DNA of 24,782 bases, taken from positions 1-24,782 of the forward strand of contig JBDRBN010000022.1 in the NCBI GenBank assembly GCA_043822785.1, read 5' to 3'. Made by a program: the position numbers and the translations under genes. Source of the DNA: Pseudomonadota bacterium. Lineage in GTDB: Bacteria > UBA10199 > 2-02-FULL-44-16 > JAAZCA01. Below are positions 15,780 through 23,366 of this stretch, piece after piece. The notes below the pieces were generated by a model. That model was not told the DNA's origin. It did not search any database and saw nothing but the letters and a program-made list of their open reading frames with translations. Each line of letters opens with the position of its first letter. The stretch's first letter is position 1.

Positions 15780-15809
15780 ATTATCGGCCTATGCCACAGC
15801 CAAAGTTGC
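15780..15809 (-). promoter_or_regulatory. Sigma-28-like promoter GCAACTT-N15-CCGATAAT
   Basis: Minus strand GCAACTT tggctgtggcatagg CCGATAAT; contains GCCGATAA, the canonical sigma-28 -10 box. Confidence 0.78.
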
Positions 15810-15972
15810 GTCTTGGGCAAAAAAAAATGATTATTTAAATTGTTTAATGATTAGAAGGAGTTACGTCATGGAGAGATGCCCGACTGGTCACCCGCCTTCG
15901 CCAAAGCTTCGGCGGGTCCTCGATCTGGCCTACGACTTTTTGTACCAAAAAGTCGTGCCAGATCGGGACTGG

Positions 15973-16251
15973 TCACTGTTTTTTGGCTTCTTCCTGGAGC
16001 TTGTACTTTATGGCAAGAAGCTCGCGAAAGAGATCTAAGGTGAGCTCAAGCGCTTTCATGGCTTTTTTTGCATCGCGCCATGTCTTTAACCCCTTCTTTT
16101 TCTTACTGATATTAAAAAGCTCTGCATAGGCAGCCTCAAACGTTTCGTTCAAATCATCAAAATCTTCGGTATCGATGAGCTTTTCAACAGCAGGGTATCC
16201 TGCCTGGCCATAAGGGGATGTAGATTTTGAAACCTGTGTTCTGTTTGCCAT
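15973..16251 (-). CDS. Hypothetical small helical protein
   Basis: Likely start MANRTQ at 16251 (the ORF-track extension is translated repeat); GYPAVEKLIDTEDF...AKKAMKALELTLDLFRELLAIK. Confidence 0.65.
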   Translation of the reverse strand: MANRTQVSKSTSPYGQAGYPAVEKLIDTEDFDDLNETFEAAYAELFNISKKKKGLKTWRDAKKAMKALELTLDLFRELLAIKYKLQEEAKKQ

Positions 16252-16298
16252 GGATGAAAAATAGCAGAATGACCTTTCCGGTGCAACTGGGAAGAAAT

Positions 16299-16373
16299 TT
16301 CGGGACTCGAGACTCGGGATTCGATAATCGGTGCCGAGTTCCAAGTCCCGAGTCCTGAATTCCGAGTCCCGAA
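16299..16373. repeat. Inverted heptamer array, family F (CGGGACT/AGTCCCG)
   Basis: ttcgggactcgagactcgggattcg ... ccgagttccaagtcccgagtcctgaattccgagtcccgaa in the divergent intergenic region. Confidence 0.75.
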
Positions 16374-16433
16374 GCATTTGCGTTTTTCGCATTATTGGCA
16401 TATTAGAATCTAAATTATTTACAGGGGGAGACC

Positions 16434-17342
16434 ATGTATAACCGTATCATTATATTAATCATCACATTGGGTATCAGTATCAGCCTCATGTCTGGCTGCG
16501 AGCAGTTTGGGCTCAAAAGCCAAGAAAAAAGCGGCCGTGGGTATGAAGGCGAAGCGCTAATGGCCCTGCCCCCTTCGCCAGAGCCAACAGCGATGAGGGC
16601 AGGCGAAACATTTGAACAGCCGCAAGATATGCCCACTGGAATATCTGAGCAAAAGATTATTCGATCAGCTTCTCTAACAATTGAAGTGCGCGACATCGAA
16701 AAAGCTCAAGAAGAAGCTCGCTTACTTGTAGAAGGCATGGGAGGCATGATCTCCCACTCGTCATCATTTGAAGATGATGCAGGCATAAAATCGTTACGCC
16801 TTATGCTCAGGGTTCCGCAAGATAAGCTAGATTCTGCAATCGCAAAAATAAAGGCCATAGGTCATGTGAGGGCAGAGGATATACAAGGAATTGATGTAAC
16901 AGAAGAATACGTTGATATGCAAATCAGGCTTGCGAATGCAATGAAGTTAGAAAATCGCCTGCTCACTCTTTTAGAAACCAAAACCAGCAAACTTAAAGAT
17001 GTGCTGGATACAGAAAAAGAACTCGCGCGCGTTCGCGAAAAGATAGAATCAATGGAGGGCCGCAAACGCCTTTATGACAACCGCATCAACATGTCCACCA
17101 TTCAGGTAACTTTCACCGAACCGCGTGGATTTGGCCGCGGCATATTCGAGCCGCTAGCTGGTTGCTTTCAGCGAGCCCTTAGCGCCTTAACCTCTTCAAT
17201 TGCGTTGCTCATAGTATTTGTAAGTGCAGCCATCCCATGGGCAGCCCTCCTCATTCTTTTATCGTGGCTTTTCCTTCGTTTCCTCCGGTTCTGGATCAAG
17301 CATAAACGCGCCATGAAAGCAAAGAAGGAGAAGAGTCAGTGA
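16434..17342 (+). CDS. DUF4349 domain lipoprotein
   Basis: Lipobox MSGC; KIIRSASLTIEV, LRVP, DVTEEYVD, EKELARVREKIESMEG; C-terminal TM hairpin. Confidence 0.85.
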   Translation: MYNRIIILIITLGISISLMSGCEQFGLKSQEKSGRGYEGEALMALPPSPEPTAMRAGETFEQPQDMPTGISEQKIIRSASLTIEVRDIEKAQEEARLLVEGMGGMISHSSSFEDDAGIKSLRLMLRVPQDKLDSAIAKIKAIGHVRAEDIQGIDVTEEYVDMQIRLANAMKLENRLLTLLETKTSKLKDVLDTEKELARVREKIESMEGRKRLYDNRINMSTIQVTFTEPRGFGRGIFEPLAGCFQRALSALTSSIALLIVFVSAAIPWAALLILLSWLFLRFLRFWIKHKRAMKAKKEKSQ

Positions 17343-18124
17343 TCGTTGTTGATCGCATTGGCGCTGCAGTGATGCGTCCCCTTTCATCTGCGCTCGATAT
17401 GAGCGCGCTGCTCATCGAAGCCATAAGAACAGCATGGACTGAACGAGGCCCAGGCGACCGCATGCTCTTTGATGTAGTCATGCGGCAGATACTCTTTACT
17501 GGCGTTGAAGCTCTTAAGATCGTAACGGTCGTAGCCCTGCTTCTTGGCGGAGCTACCATCATCGAGACCTTTACTCAGCTGCCTAGGGTAGGTAGCGAAT
17601 CGTTAATCGGAAACATCCTCGTGGTGGTCGTGATTCGAGAGCTCGGCCCCATACTCACAGCCATCATAGTAATCGGCAGATCTGGCACAGCCATCTCCAC
17701 AGAGATCGGCTACATGATGGTAAATCACGAGATACAAGCGCTTGAGATGATGGGTATAAATCCATTGCGCGCTGTGGTTTTACCCCGCATCATAGGCGTC
17801 TCAGCTGCCATCGCCTGTCTGTCATTTTATTTCAACGTAGTTGCGCTGTTTGGTGGGTATATGTTTGCCCGCTTTATCGTTCATTATTCCTTTGATAAGT
17901 ACATAACCGACCTGAGCGGCGCTTTGGGCTTTTGGGATGTAGCGGTAAGCGGCATAAAGTGCCTGTTGTTTGGCATCATAGTGGCAGTGGTGTGTTGCCA
18001 ACGCGGTTTTTCAGTACGCTTTTCATTCACTGAAATTCCCCAGGTTACAACCAGCGCTGTAGTGCTCTGTTTGTATCTTTGTTTTATTGTGAATATGATA
18101 ATAACGGCTATCTTTTATATATAA
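17339..18124 (+). CDS. mlaE: MlaE family ABC transporter permease
   Basis: VIRELGPILTAIIVIGRSGTAISTEIGYM...EIQALEMMGINP..VLPR. Confidence 0.93.
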   Translation: MIVVDRIGAAVMRPLSSALDMSALLIEAIRTAWTERGPGDRMLFDVVMRQILFTGVEALKIVTVVALLLGGATIIETFTQLPRVGSESLIGNILVVVVIRELGPILTAIIVIGRSGTAISTEIGYMMVNHEIQALEMMGINPLRAVVLPRIIGVSAAIACLSFYFNVVALFGGYMFARFIVHYSFDKYITDLSGALGFWDVAVSGIKCLLFGIIVAVVCCQRGFSVRFSFTEIPQVTTSAVVLCLYLCFIVNMIITAIFYI

Positions 18125-18130
18125 AAGATA

Positions 18131-18173
18131 GCGAGACAAGCGAGACACGCGAGAAAGGCGAGAAACGTTAAAA
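18131..18173. repeat. Nonamer array, family B
   Basis: gcgagacaa gcgagacac gcgagaaag gcgagaaac gttaaaa after the mlaE stop. Confidence 0.85.
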
Positions 18174-18174
18174 G

Positions 18175-18879
18175 ATGACGTTCAAGATTGAATTAAAACA
18201 TGTGAGTTTTGCCTATGAAGGCAGTGCTCCTATCTTAGATAGGATTGACGTGTCCTTGCGAGCCGGAGAGGTGGTTGGACTGGTCTCTGCTGTGGGCGGA
18301 GGAAAAAGCACGTTTCTTAAGATCTGCGCTGGTCTCATAGAGCCGACTTCAGGTGAAGTCATTATAGATGATAAGAAGTTTTGGAACCTCACTAATAAAG
18401 AACAGAATGAGCTTAGAAGCCAAATGGGATTTGATTTTCAAGAAGGCGCGCTAATAGCAAACATGAATGTGTTTGGCAATTTGGCCCTTCCCATGCGCTA
18501 TCATGGTCGCGCTTCAGAAAAAGAAATAATACGCGAAATCGACGGGTGGCTCGAGCGCATGCAAATTAAGCGATATCGTGATGTGTTGCCTGCAGCGCTT
18601 TCAGCAGGCCTTAAGAGAAGGGTATCATACATACGAGCCATGATGGTGGAAGGAATCTACTATTTCTGGGATGAACCCACTGAAGGCACAGATGATGAGC
18701 ACGCCACAACTCTTAAGAACACGCTGTTGGAAAAAAAAGGTAAGGGCATAGGGTCGCTTGTGTCCACACAGAACGCCTCTTTTCTCAGAAAGACAGCGGA
18801 TCGCGTGATAGCGTTGGATGACGGCAAAGTGCGCTATGATGGAGCTTTGAAGGATGGCAGGATACCTGTTGAATTTTAA
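18175..18879 (+). CDS. mlaF: MlaF-like ABC ATP-binding protein with divergent motifs
   Basis: SAVGGGKST, FQEGALI, LSAGLKRR, YFWDEPT; lies between mlaE and mlaD. Confidence 0.85.
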   Translation: MTFKIELKHVSFAYEGSAPILDRIDVSLRAGEVVGLVSAVGGGKSTFLKICAGLIEPTSGEVIIDDKKFWNLTNKEQNELRSQMGFDFQEGALIANMNVFGNLALPMRYHGRASEKEIIREIDGWLERMQIKRYRDVLPAALSAGLKRRVSYIRAMMVEGIYYFWDEPTEGTDDEHATTLKNTLLEKKGKGIGSLVSTQNASFLRKTADRVIALDDGKVRYDGALKDGRIPVEF

Positions 18880-18882
18880 ACA

Positions 18883-18913
18883 AGTAACCAGTAACCAGTG
18901 ACTAGTAACCAGT
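18883..18913. repeat. Family A heptamer arm, left flank of the four-helix-bundle gene
   Basis: agtaacc agtaacc agtgact agtaacc agt. Confidence 0.85.
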
Positions 18914-18940
18914 ATAAAACTTGAATTGGAGCACAATTTA

Positions 18941-19306
18941 ATGAGCTTAAGAAATCATACAGATTTGGATGTTTGGAAAAGAGCTATTGAATTTGTGACT
19001 TCGATTTATAAGGCAACACAAGAATATCCAAAAGAAGAACTTTATGGGCTTGTGAGCCAGTTGCGTCGCTCAGCCATATCAATCCCTAGCAATATCGCTG
19101 AAGGAGCTACAAGACAGTCAACAAAGGAATTCATTCATTTTCTATACATTGCCCTTGGTTCTGCCAGTGAAGTCGATGTGCAGTTAGTTATTTCAAGAAA
19201 CCTGGATTACTTGTTAGATAAGAATTTTATTGCTTTATCAGCGGAGCGCGAAGAAATCTCTAGAATGCTATCGGGATTGATAAAAAGTTTAAGATCTCGA
19301 AAATGA
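18941..19306 (+). CDS. Four helix bundle protein (TIGR02436 / 23S rRNA IVS protein family)
   Basis: DLDVWKRA..YPKEELYGLVSQLRRSAISIPSNIAEG..EFIHFLYIALGSASEV..LSGLIKSL; start MSLRNH with GGAG RBS; more AT-rich than neighbours. Confidence 0.93.
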   Translation: MSLRNHTDLDVWKRAIEFVTSIYKATQEYPKEELYGLVSQLRRSAISIPSNIAEGATRQSTKEFIHFLYIALGSASEVDVQLVISRNLDYLLDKNFIALSAEREEISRMLSGLIKSLRSRK

Positions 19307-19307
19307 T

Positions 19308-19340
19308 ACTGGTCACTGGTCACTTATTACTGGTCACTGA
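19308..19340. repeat. Family A heptamer arm, right flank, inverted
   Basis: actggtc actggtc acttatt actggtc actga. Confidence 0.85.
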
Positions 19341-19343
19341 AAT

Positions 19344-20147
19344 ATGCATTTTAAATTTCGACATCTTCAGAAAATCGTGGGGGGATTTTTTCTACTCACC
19401 TGCATCATCGTCGTCATACTGTTGGTCATGGTTGCGCGCGGACAAAAGTGGTTTCAGCCCTATACAGAATATCATTGCTTCTTTAATCGTGGCGGAGGCC
19501 TTAAAGTCGGCGCAAGCGTGATGATCCAGGGCCTTGAGGCAGGCTCTATAAAGAAGCTAAGCCTTGACGATCAGAACCAGGTGCGCGTGGATTTTGAAAT
19601 CTTTAGTCAATATTCTGACCGCATTCGTAAGGATAGCCTGGCAAAGCTCGTCCAGCCGATGATCGGATCCAGCAAACTTGAAATCACCTTGGGCTCGCCA
19701 GATAGCCCTGATATAAGGCCAGAAGGTACAATTCCCTCAAAGGATATTGGCGGTTCAGATCTGGATGAACTGATTGAGAACGCAAACAAGCTGGTAAAGA
19801 GCCTTGAGAACCCTGAAGGCGATCTCATGAAATCGCTTGCTAATATACAAGGCGCGACAAAGAACCTTTCAGAAGGTTTAGCAAAAAAAGACGGCTCGCT
19901 CAGACAATTTATCGAAAAGCGTGAATTTTACGACAACCTATCGTCAGCAGCAAACCATTTGGACAGCCTGCTCACGGAAATCGACAAGAAGAGCCCGGAT
20001 ATCAGCGATTCCATAACCGAAGCGCGAAAGGCTATCGAAGAAGCAAACAAGGTCATAAAGGCCATACAGAAATCGATCTTCATCAGGGGTTATATACAGG
20101 AGCGCACCGAGGATGCCACGCTTAGGGCAGAGGGGAGATTGAGATAA
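19344..20147 (+). CDS. mlaD: MlaD/MCE family protein
   Basis: N-terminal TM; GLKVGASVMIQGLEAGSIKKL, IRKDSLA..MIGSSKLEITLGS; C-terminal helical region. Confidence 0.92.
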   Translation: MHFKFRHLQKIVGGFFLLTCIIVVILLVMVARGQKWFQPYTEYHCFFNRGGGLKVGASVMIQGLEAGSIKKLSLDDQNQVRVDFEIFSQYSDRIRKDSLAKLVQPMIGSSKLEITLGSPDSPDIRPEGTIPSKDIGGSDLDELIENANKLVKSLENPEGDLMKSLANIQGATKNLSEGLAKKDGSLRQFIEKREFYDNLSSAANHLDSLLTEIDKKSPDISDSITEARKAIEEANKVIKAIQKSIFIRGYIQERTEDATLRAEGRLR

Positions 20148-20156
20148 TGCTAATAT

Positions 20157-20271
20157 AAATTCCAACAACCAAATTCCAATGACCAAAACAACACCGGATC
20201 ACAATAGGTTTGGATTTTGGATATTGGGATTTGGTGCTTGTTTGGAGTTTGGTGCTTGGAATTTGGAATTT
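20157..20271. repeat. Inverted heptamer array, family C (AATTCCA/TGGAATT)
   Basis: aattccaacaaccaaattccaatgacca ... tggattttggatattgggatttggtgc..tggtgcttggaatttggaattt. Confidence 0.8.
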
Positions 20272-20285
20272 ATTTCAGACTTATC

Positions 20286-21218
20286 ATGAGACGATTACTT
20301 TCAACTTTTTTTGTGGTTACAATGGCAGCAATCTTAATTTCTGCAGGTTGTGGGGGTAGTCGTGTGCATGAAGTGGTGGATGTGCGCGGAGATGTAAGAA
20401 ATCTTAACCTGCGCGGTAATGAGCTTTACTATCAGGGCGACTATGAAGGCGCTGCCCGCATGTATGATCGAGCAAAAATCAAAGCGCTCTCTGTAGATGA
20501 CCGCTCAGGCGTTGCAGATAGCCTTAACAACCTTGGCCAGCTCTATCTCGTGGCCAAAGACTATTCGGCAGCCCAAGAGAAGTTCAGCCAAGCAAAAGAG
20601 ATTAATGATGAGATAGGAAACCGTAATGGGCTATCAGCCAACTACTTAAATCTTGGATTTATCAGTATCAAGAGAGGCGATCCGGAAGGGGCGATGAATG
20701 AGTTTGATGAGTCGCTAAAACTCTGCCGTGAAGATGTTGATCGCGCTTGCGAAGCCCAAGCATTAAACGCCAAAGGCCTTGCTGCTTTTAAGATGGGGGA
20801 TTATGAGCGCGCAGAAAAACTCTTTTTAGCAGCCCTTGATATTGCAAAGGCACTTAAGCGCCATATGATTGCTGCAGCCTGCTTTCAAAACATGGGCAAG
20901 CTCAGGGAAGCTCAGGATGCTCTGGACTCAGCGCTTAGCTACTATGAGAGGGCGCTGGAGCAAGACAGGATGGTGGAGTATTCGCTTGGCATTGCAGAAG
21001 ATCTTACGAACATGGCGCGCATCTATGAAAAGTTAGGTCAGCTCCCTAATGCAAGAGATGCACTTGAACGCACCTTTGCCGTGTATGTTCAGTTTGGGCT
21101 GAAAGACGAAACCCTTGCCACAATTAATTGCCTTGAGGGCATTGCCTTGCGCCAAGGTGATACCCAGGCAGCCAACAAATACCGCGCACGTCGCAAAGCA
21201 TTGCGGATGACCAAGTGA
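20286..21218 (+). CDS. TPR-repeat lipoprotein
   Basis: Start MRRLLST at 20286, lipobox SAGC; multiple TPRs (ADSLNNLGQLY, ANYLNLGFI, AQALNAKGLA, AACFQNMGKL, AEDLTNMARIY). Confidence 0.85.
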   Translation: MRRLLSTFFVVTMAAILISAGCGGSRVHEVVDVRGDVRNLNLRGNELYYQGDYEGAARMYDRAKIKALSVDDRSGVADSLNNLGQLYLVAKDYSAAQEKFSQAKEINDEIGNRNGLSANYLNLGFISIKRGDPEGAMNEFDESLKLCREDVDRACEAQALNAKGLAAFKMGDYERAEKLFLAALDIAKALKRHMIAAACFQNMGKLREAQDALDSALSYYERALEQDRMVEYSLGIAEDLTNMARIYEKLGQLPNARDALERTFAVYVQFGLKDETLATINCLEGIALRQGDTQAANKYRARRKALRMTK

Positions 21219-21952
21219 CTATTCTCATAGGCACAAGCGGGTTCCATTATCCCCACTGGGAAAACGATGTGTTTTACCCAACCGGCCTCCCAAAGAGCAA
21301 ACAGCTCGAATTTTACGCTGAATACTTTGACACGGTTGAGCTCAACGTAACATTCTATAGATTGCCTTCCAAAGAAGCGTTTAAGGGCTGGAAAGACAGA
21401 ACTCCTGCTGACTTTCATTTTGCGCTTAAGGGAAGCAGATTCATAACGCACATCAAACGCTTAAAGGACGCAAAAGAACCCCTGGCAACGTTTTTGGAAC
21501 ACGCTACTCCGCTGCGCTCCAAAATTTCATGCATCCTGTGGCAGCTGGGTCCTAACCATCATCTGAACCTTGAGCGCCTTGAATCCTTTGTAAAACTTCT
21601 TGCTCGCCGTAAAGGTCTGCGTCATGCATTTGAGTTTCGCCATGAAAGCTGGTTCGTACCTGAAGTGTTTGATCTCATCCGCAATGCAGGCATGACTGTC
21701 TGCAGGGCAGATTGGCCCGAGTTTACCACCGAGATCCCTGAAGGATTCTCTTTTGAATACGTGCGCCGCCATGGACCGCGCTCGGGTACATTATATGCAG
21801 GATGTTATACGGAAAACCATCTGAAGGACGATGCGAAGATAATCAAGCGATGCGTAAAAAAAGGAAAAGACGTGCTCATCTACTTTAACAACGATGCCCA
21901 AGGCTGGGCAGTAAAAAATGCGTTGAGGCTAAAAGAGCTGGTTAAACCTTAA
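21215..21952 (+). CDS. DUF72 domain protein (YecE-like)
   Basis: IGTSGFHYPHW..FYP, FDTVELNVTFYRLP, FALKGSRFITH, AFEFRHESW, YVRRHG, YFNND. Confidence 0.93.
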   Translation: MTILIGTSGFHYPHWENDVFYPTGLPKSKQLEFYAEYFDTVELNVTFYRLPSKEAFKGWKDRTPADFHFALKGSRFITHIKRLKDAKEPLATFLEHATPLRSKISCILWQLGPNHHLNLERLESFVKLLARRKGLRHAFEFRHESWFVPEVFDLIRNAGMTVCRADWPEFTTEIPEGFSFEYVRRHGPRSGTLYAGCYTENHLKDDAKIIKRCVKKGKDVLIYFNNDAQGWAVKNALRLKELVKP

Positions 21953-21963
21953 AAGGGAGGCCC

Positions 21964-23337
21964 ATGTCATCGACACAAACAAAACTCTCATGGAAATTTC
22001 CAAAAGCATTTTGGACCGCCAACTCGATCGAGCTGTTTGAGCGAGCTGCATATTATGGCGCATTCATAGCCATGGCGCTCTATCTTACGCGCAGCGTGGG
22101 ATTTAGCGACATCGAAACAGGATGGGTGATCGCGATATTCGCATCGCTCCTCTACTTCATGCCCACGTTCATGGGAGCACTGGCTGATCGCATAGGTTTT
22201 AGAAAAGCGTTGATCCTTGCGTTTTTGTTGCTCACGGCAGGCTATGCGCTGCTTGGCGCATTTCAACTCAAATGGACAGCGATCGCTTCGCTTGTGCTCA
22301 TCCTTCTTGGTGGCGCGATCGTAAAGCCTGTGATCTCTGGAACGGTTGCAAAGTGTTCAGACGATGCCCATCGCGCACGGGCATTCTCGATCTTCTATCA
22401 GATCGTAAACATCGGCGCGTTCATGGGCAAGACAGTAGCAAAGCCGCTTCGCGTAAGCTTGGGCCTTGAATACATAAATTTCTACGCAGCAACTATGGCC
22501 TTTGTGGCACTCATCCTAACCCTTCTGTTTTTCAAAAACGTGGATCATCATGGCACAGGCAAGAGCATTAAGGATATTGTAAAGGGCCTTTGGCATGTAG
22601 TGAAAAATATACGCTTTATGGCGCTCATCATTATAGTAGGCGGGTTTTGGGCAATACAGGGCCAGATTTACGCGACCATGCCCAAGTACGCACTGCGTCT
22701 GATTGGCGAAAGCGCATCACCTGAATGGCTGGCAAACATCAATCCGTTTATCGTCGTGCTATTTGTGGTGCCCATCACACACCTGGTGCGAAAGATCAGA
22801 CCTGTAAGCTCTATTGCTATTGGCTTATTCATAATCCCTTTCTCTGCGCTTGTCATATCGCTATCTCCGTTGCTTGAAGCCACTACAGGCCAGTCTGTGC
22901 AAATCGCCTATGGCATTACCATGCATCCGATCACAATCATGATGATCATCGGAATAGCGCTGCAAGGATTGGCCGAGTGTTTTCTCTCACCACGTTTTTT
23001 GGAATACGCATCAAAGCAGGCGCCTGAGGGTGAAGTTGGCCTATACATGGGATACTCGCATCTCACTACCTTTTTTGCATGGTTGTTTGGCTTTGCAATT
23101 TCAGGATATCTGCTCAATGCCTATTGCCCTGATCCTCGCACAGTTGCTCCTGATCAGATGGCCGCAGCTTATGAGCACGCACATTATATATGGTATGTAT
23201 TTGCATGTATCGGAGTTACTTCATTTGTGCTGCTGCTCATTTATCGAGCTGTAACTGATTGGGTCGATCGCAGGCATCACCTCTTGATCCCGACAGAGGG
23301 AGTAGAGGAGCCGGTGCCGTTTGTGGATGAGGAGTAA
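21964..23337 (+). CDS. MFS transporter (POT/PTR-like)
   Basis: ELFERAAYYG, GALADRIGFRK, AFSIFYQIVNIG; ~12 TM segments. Confidence 0.9.
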   Translation: MSSTQTKLSWKFPKAFWTANSIELFERAAYYGAFIAMALYLTRSVGFSDIETGWVIAIFASLLYFMPTFMGALADRIGFRKALILAFLLLTAGYALLGAFQLKWTAIASLVLILLGGAIVKPVISGTVAKCSDDAHRARAFSIFYQIVNIGAFMGKTVAKPLRVSLGLEYINFYAATMAFVALILTLLFFKNVDHHGTGKSIKDIVKGLWHVVKNIRFMALIIIVGGFWAIQGQIYATMPKYALRLIGESASPEWLANINPFIVVLFVVPITHLVRKIRPVSSIAIGLFIIPFSALVISLSPLLEATTGQSVQIAYGITMHPITIMMIIGIALQGLAECFLSPRFLEYASKQAPEGEVGLYMGYSHLTTFFAWLFGFAISGYLLNAYCPDPRTVAPDQMAAAYEHAHYIWYVFACIGVTSFVLLLIYRAVTDWVDRRHHLLIPTEGVEEPVPFVDEE

Positions 23338-23366
23338 ACTTGGATTTGGCACGAACATTTTTGATA

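Noticed and set aside
15933..15960. TGGCACGACTTTTTGG as a sigma-54 promoter
   Set aside because: No GC at -12; better explained as the hairpin cgacttttt-gtacc-aaaaagtcg
16252..16401. N-terminal extension of the 15973 ORF (also the 20217-20285 and 15749-15820 extensions)
   Set aside because: These run through repeat arrays or the promoter motif; internal ATGs give better starts
18941..19306. Diversity-generating retroelement or rRNA intervening sequence
   Set aside because: No reverse transcriptase, TR/VR pair or rRNA sequence in the window
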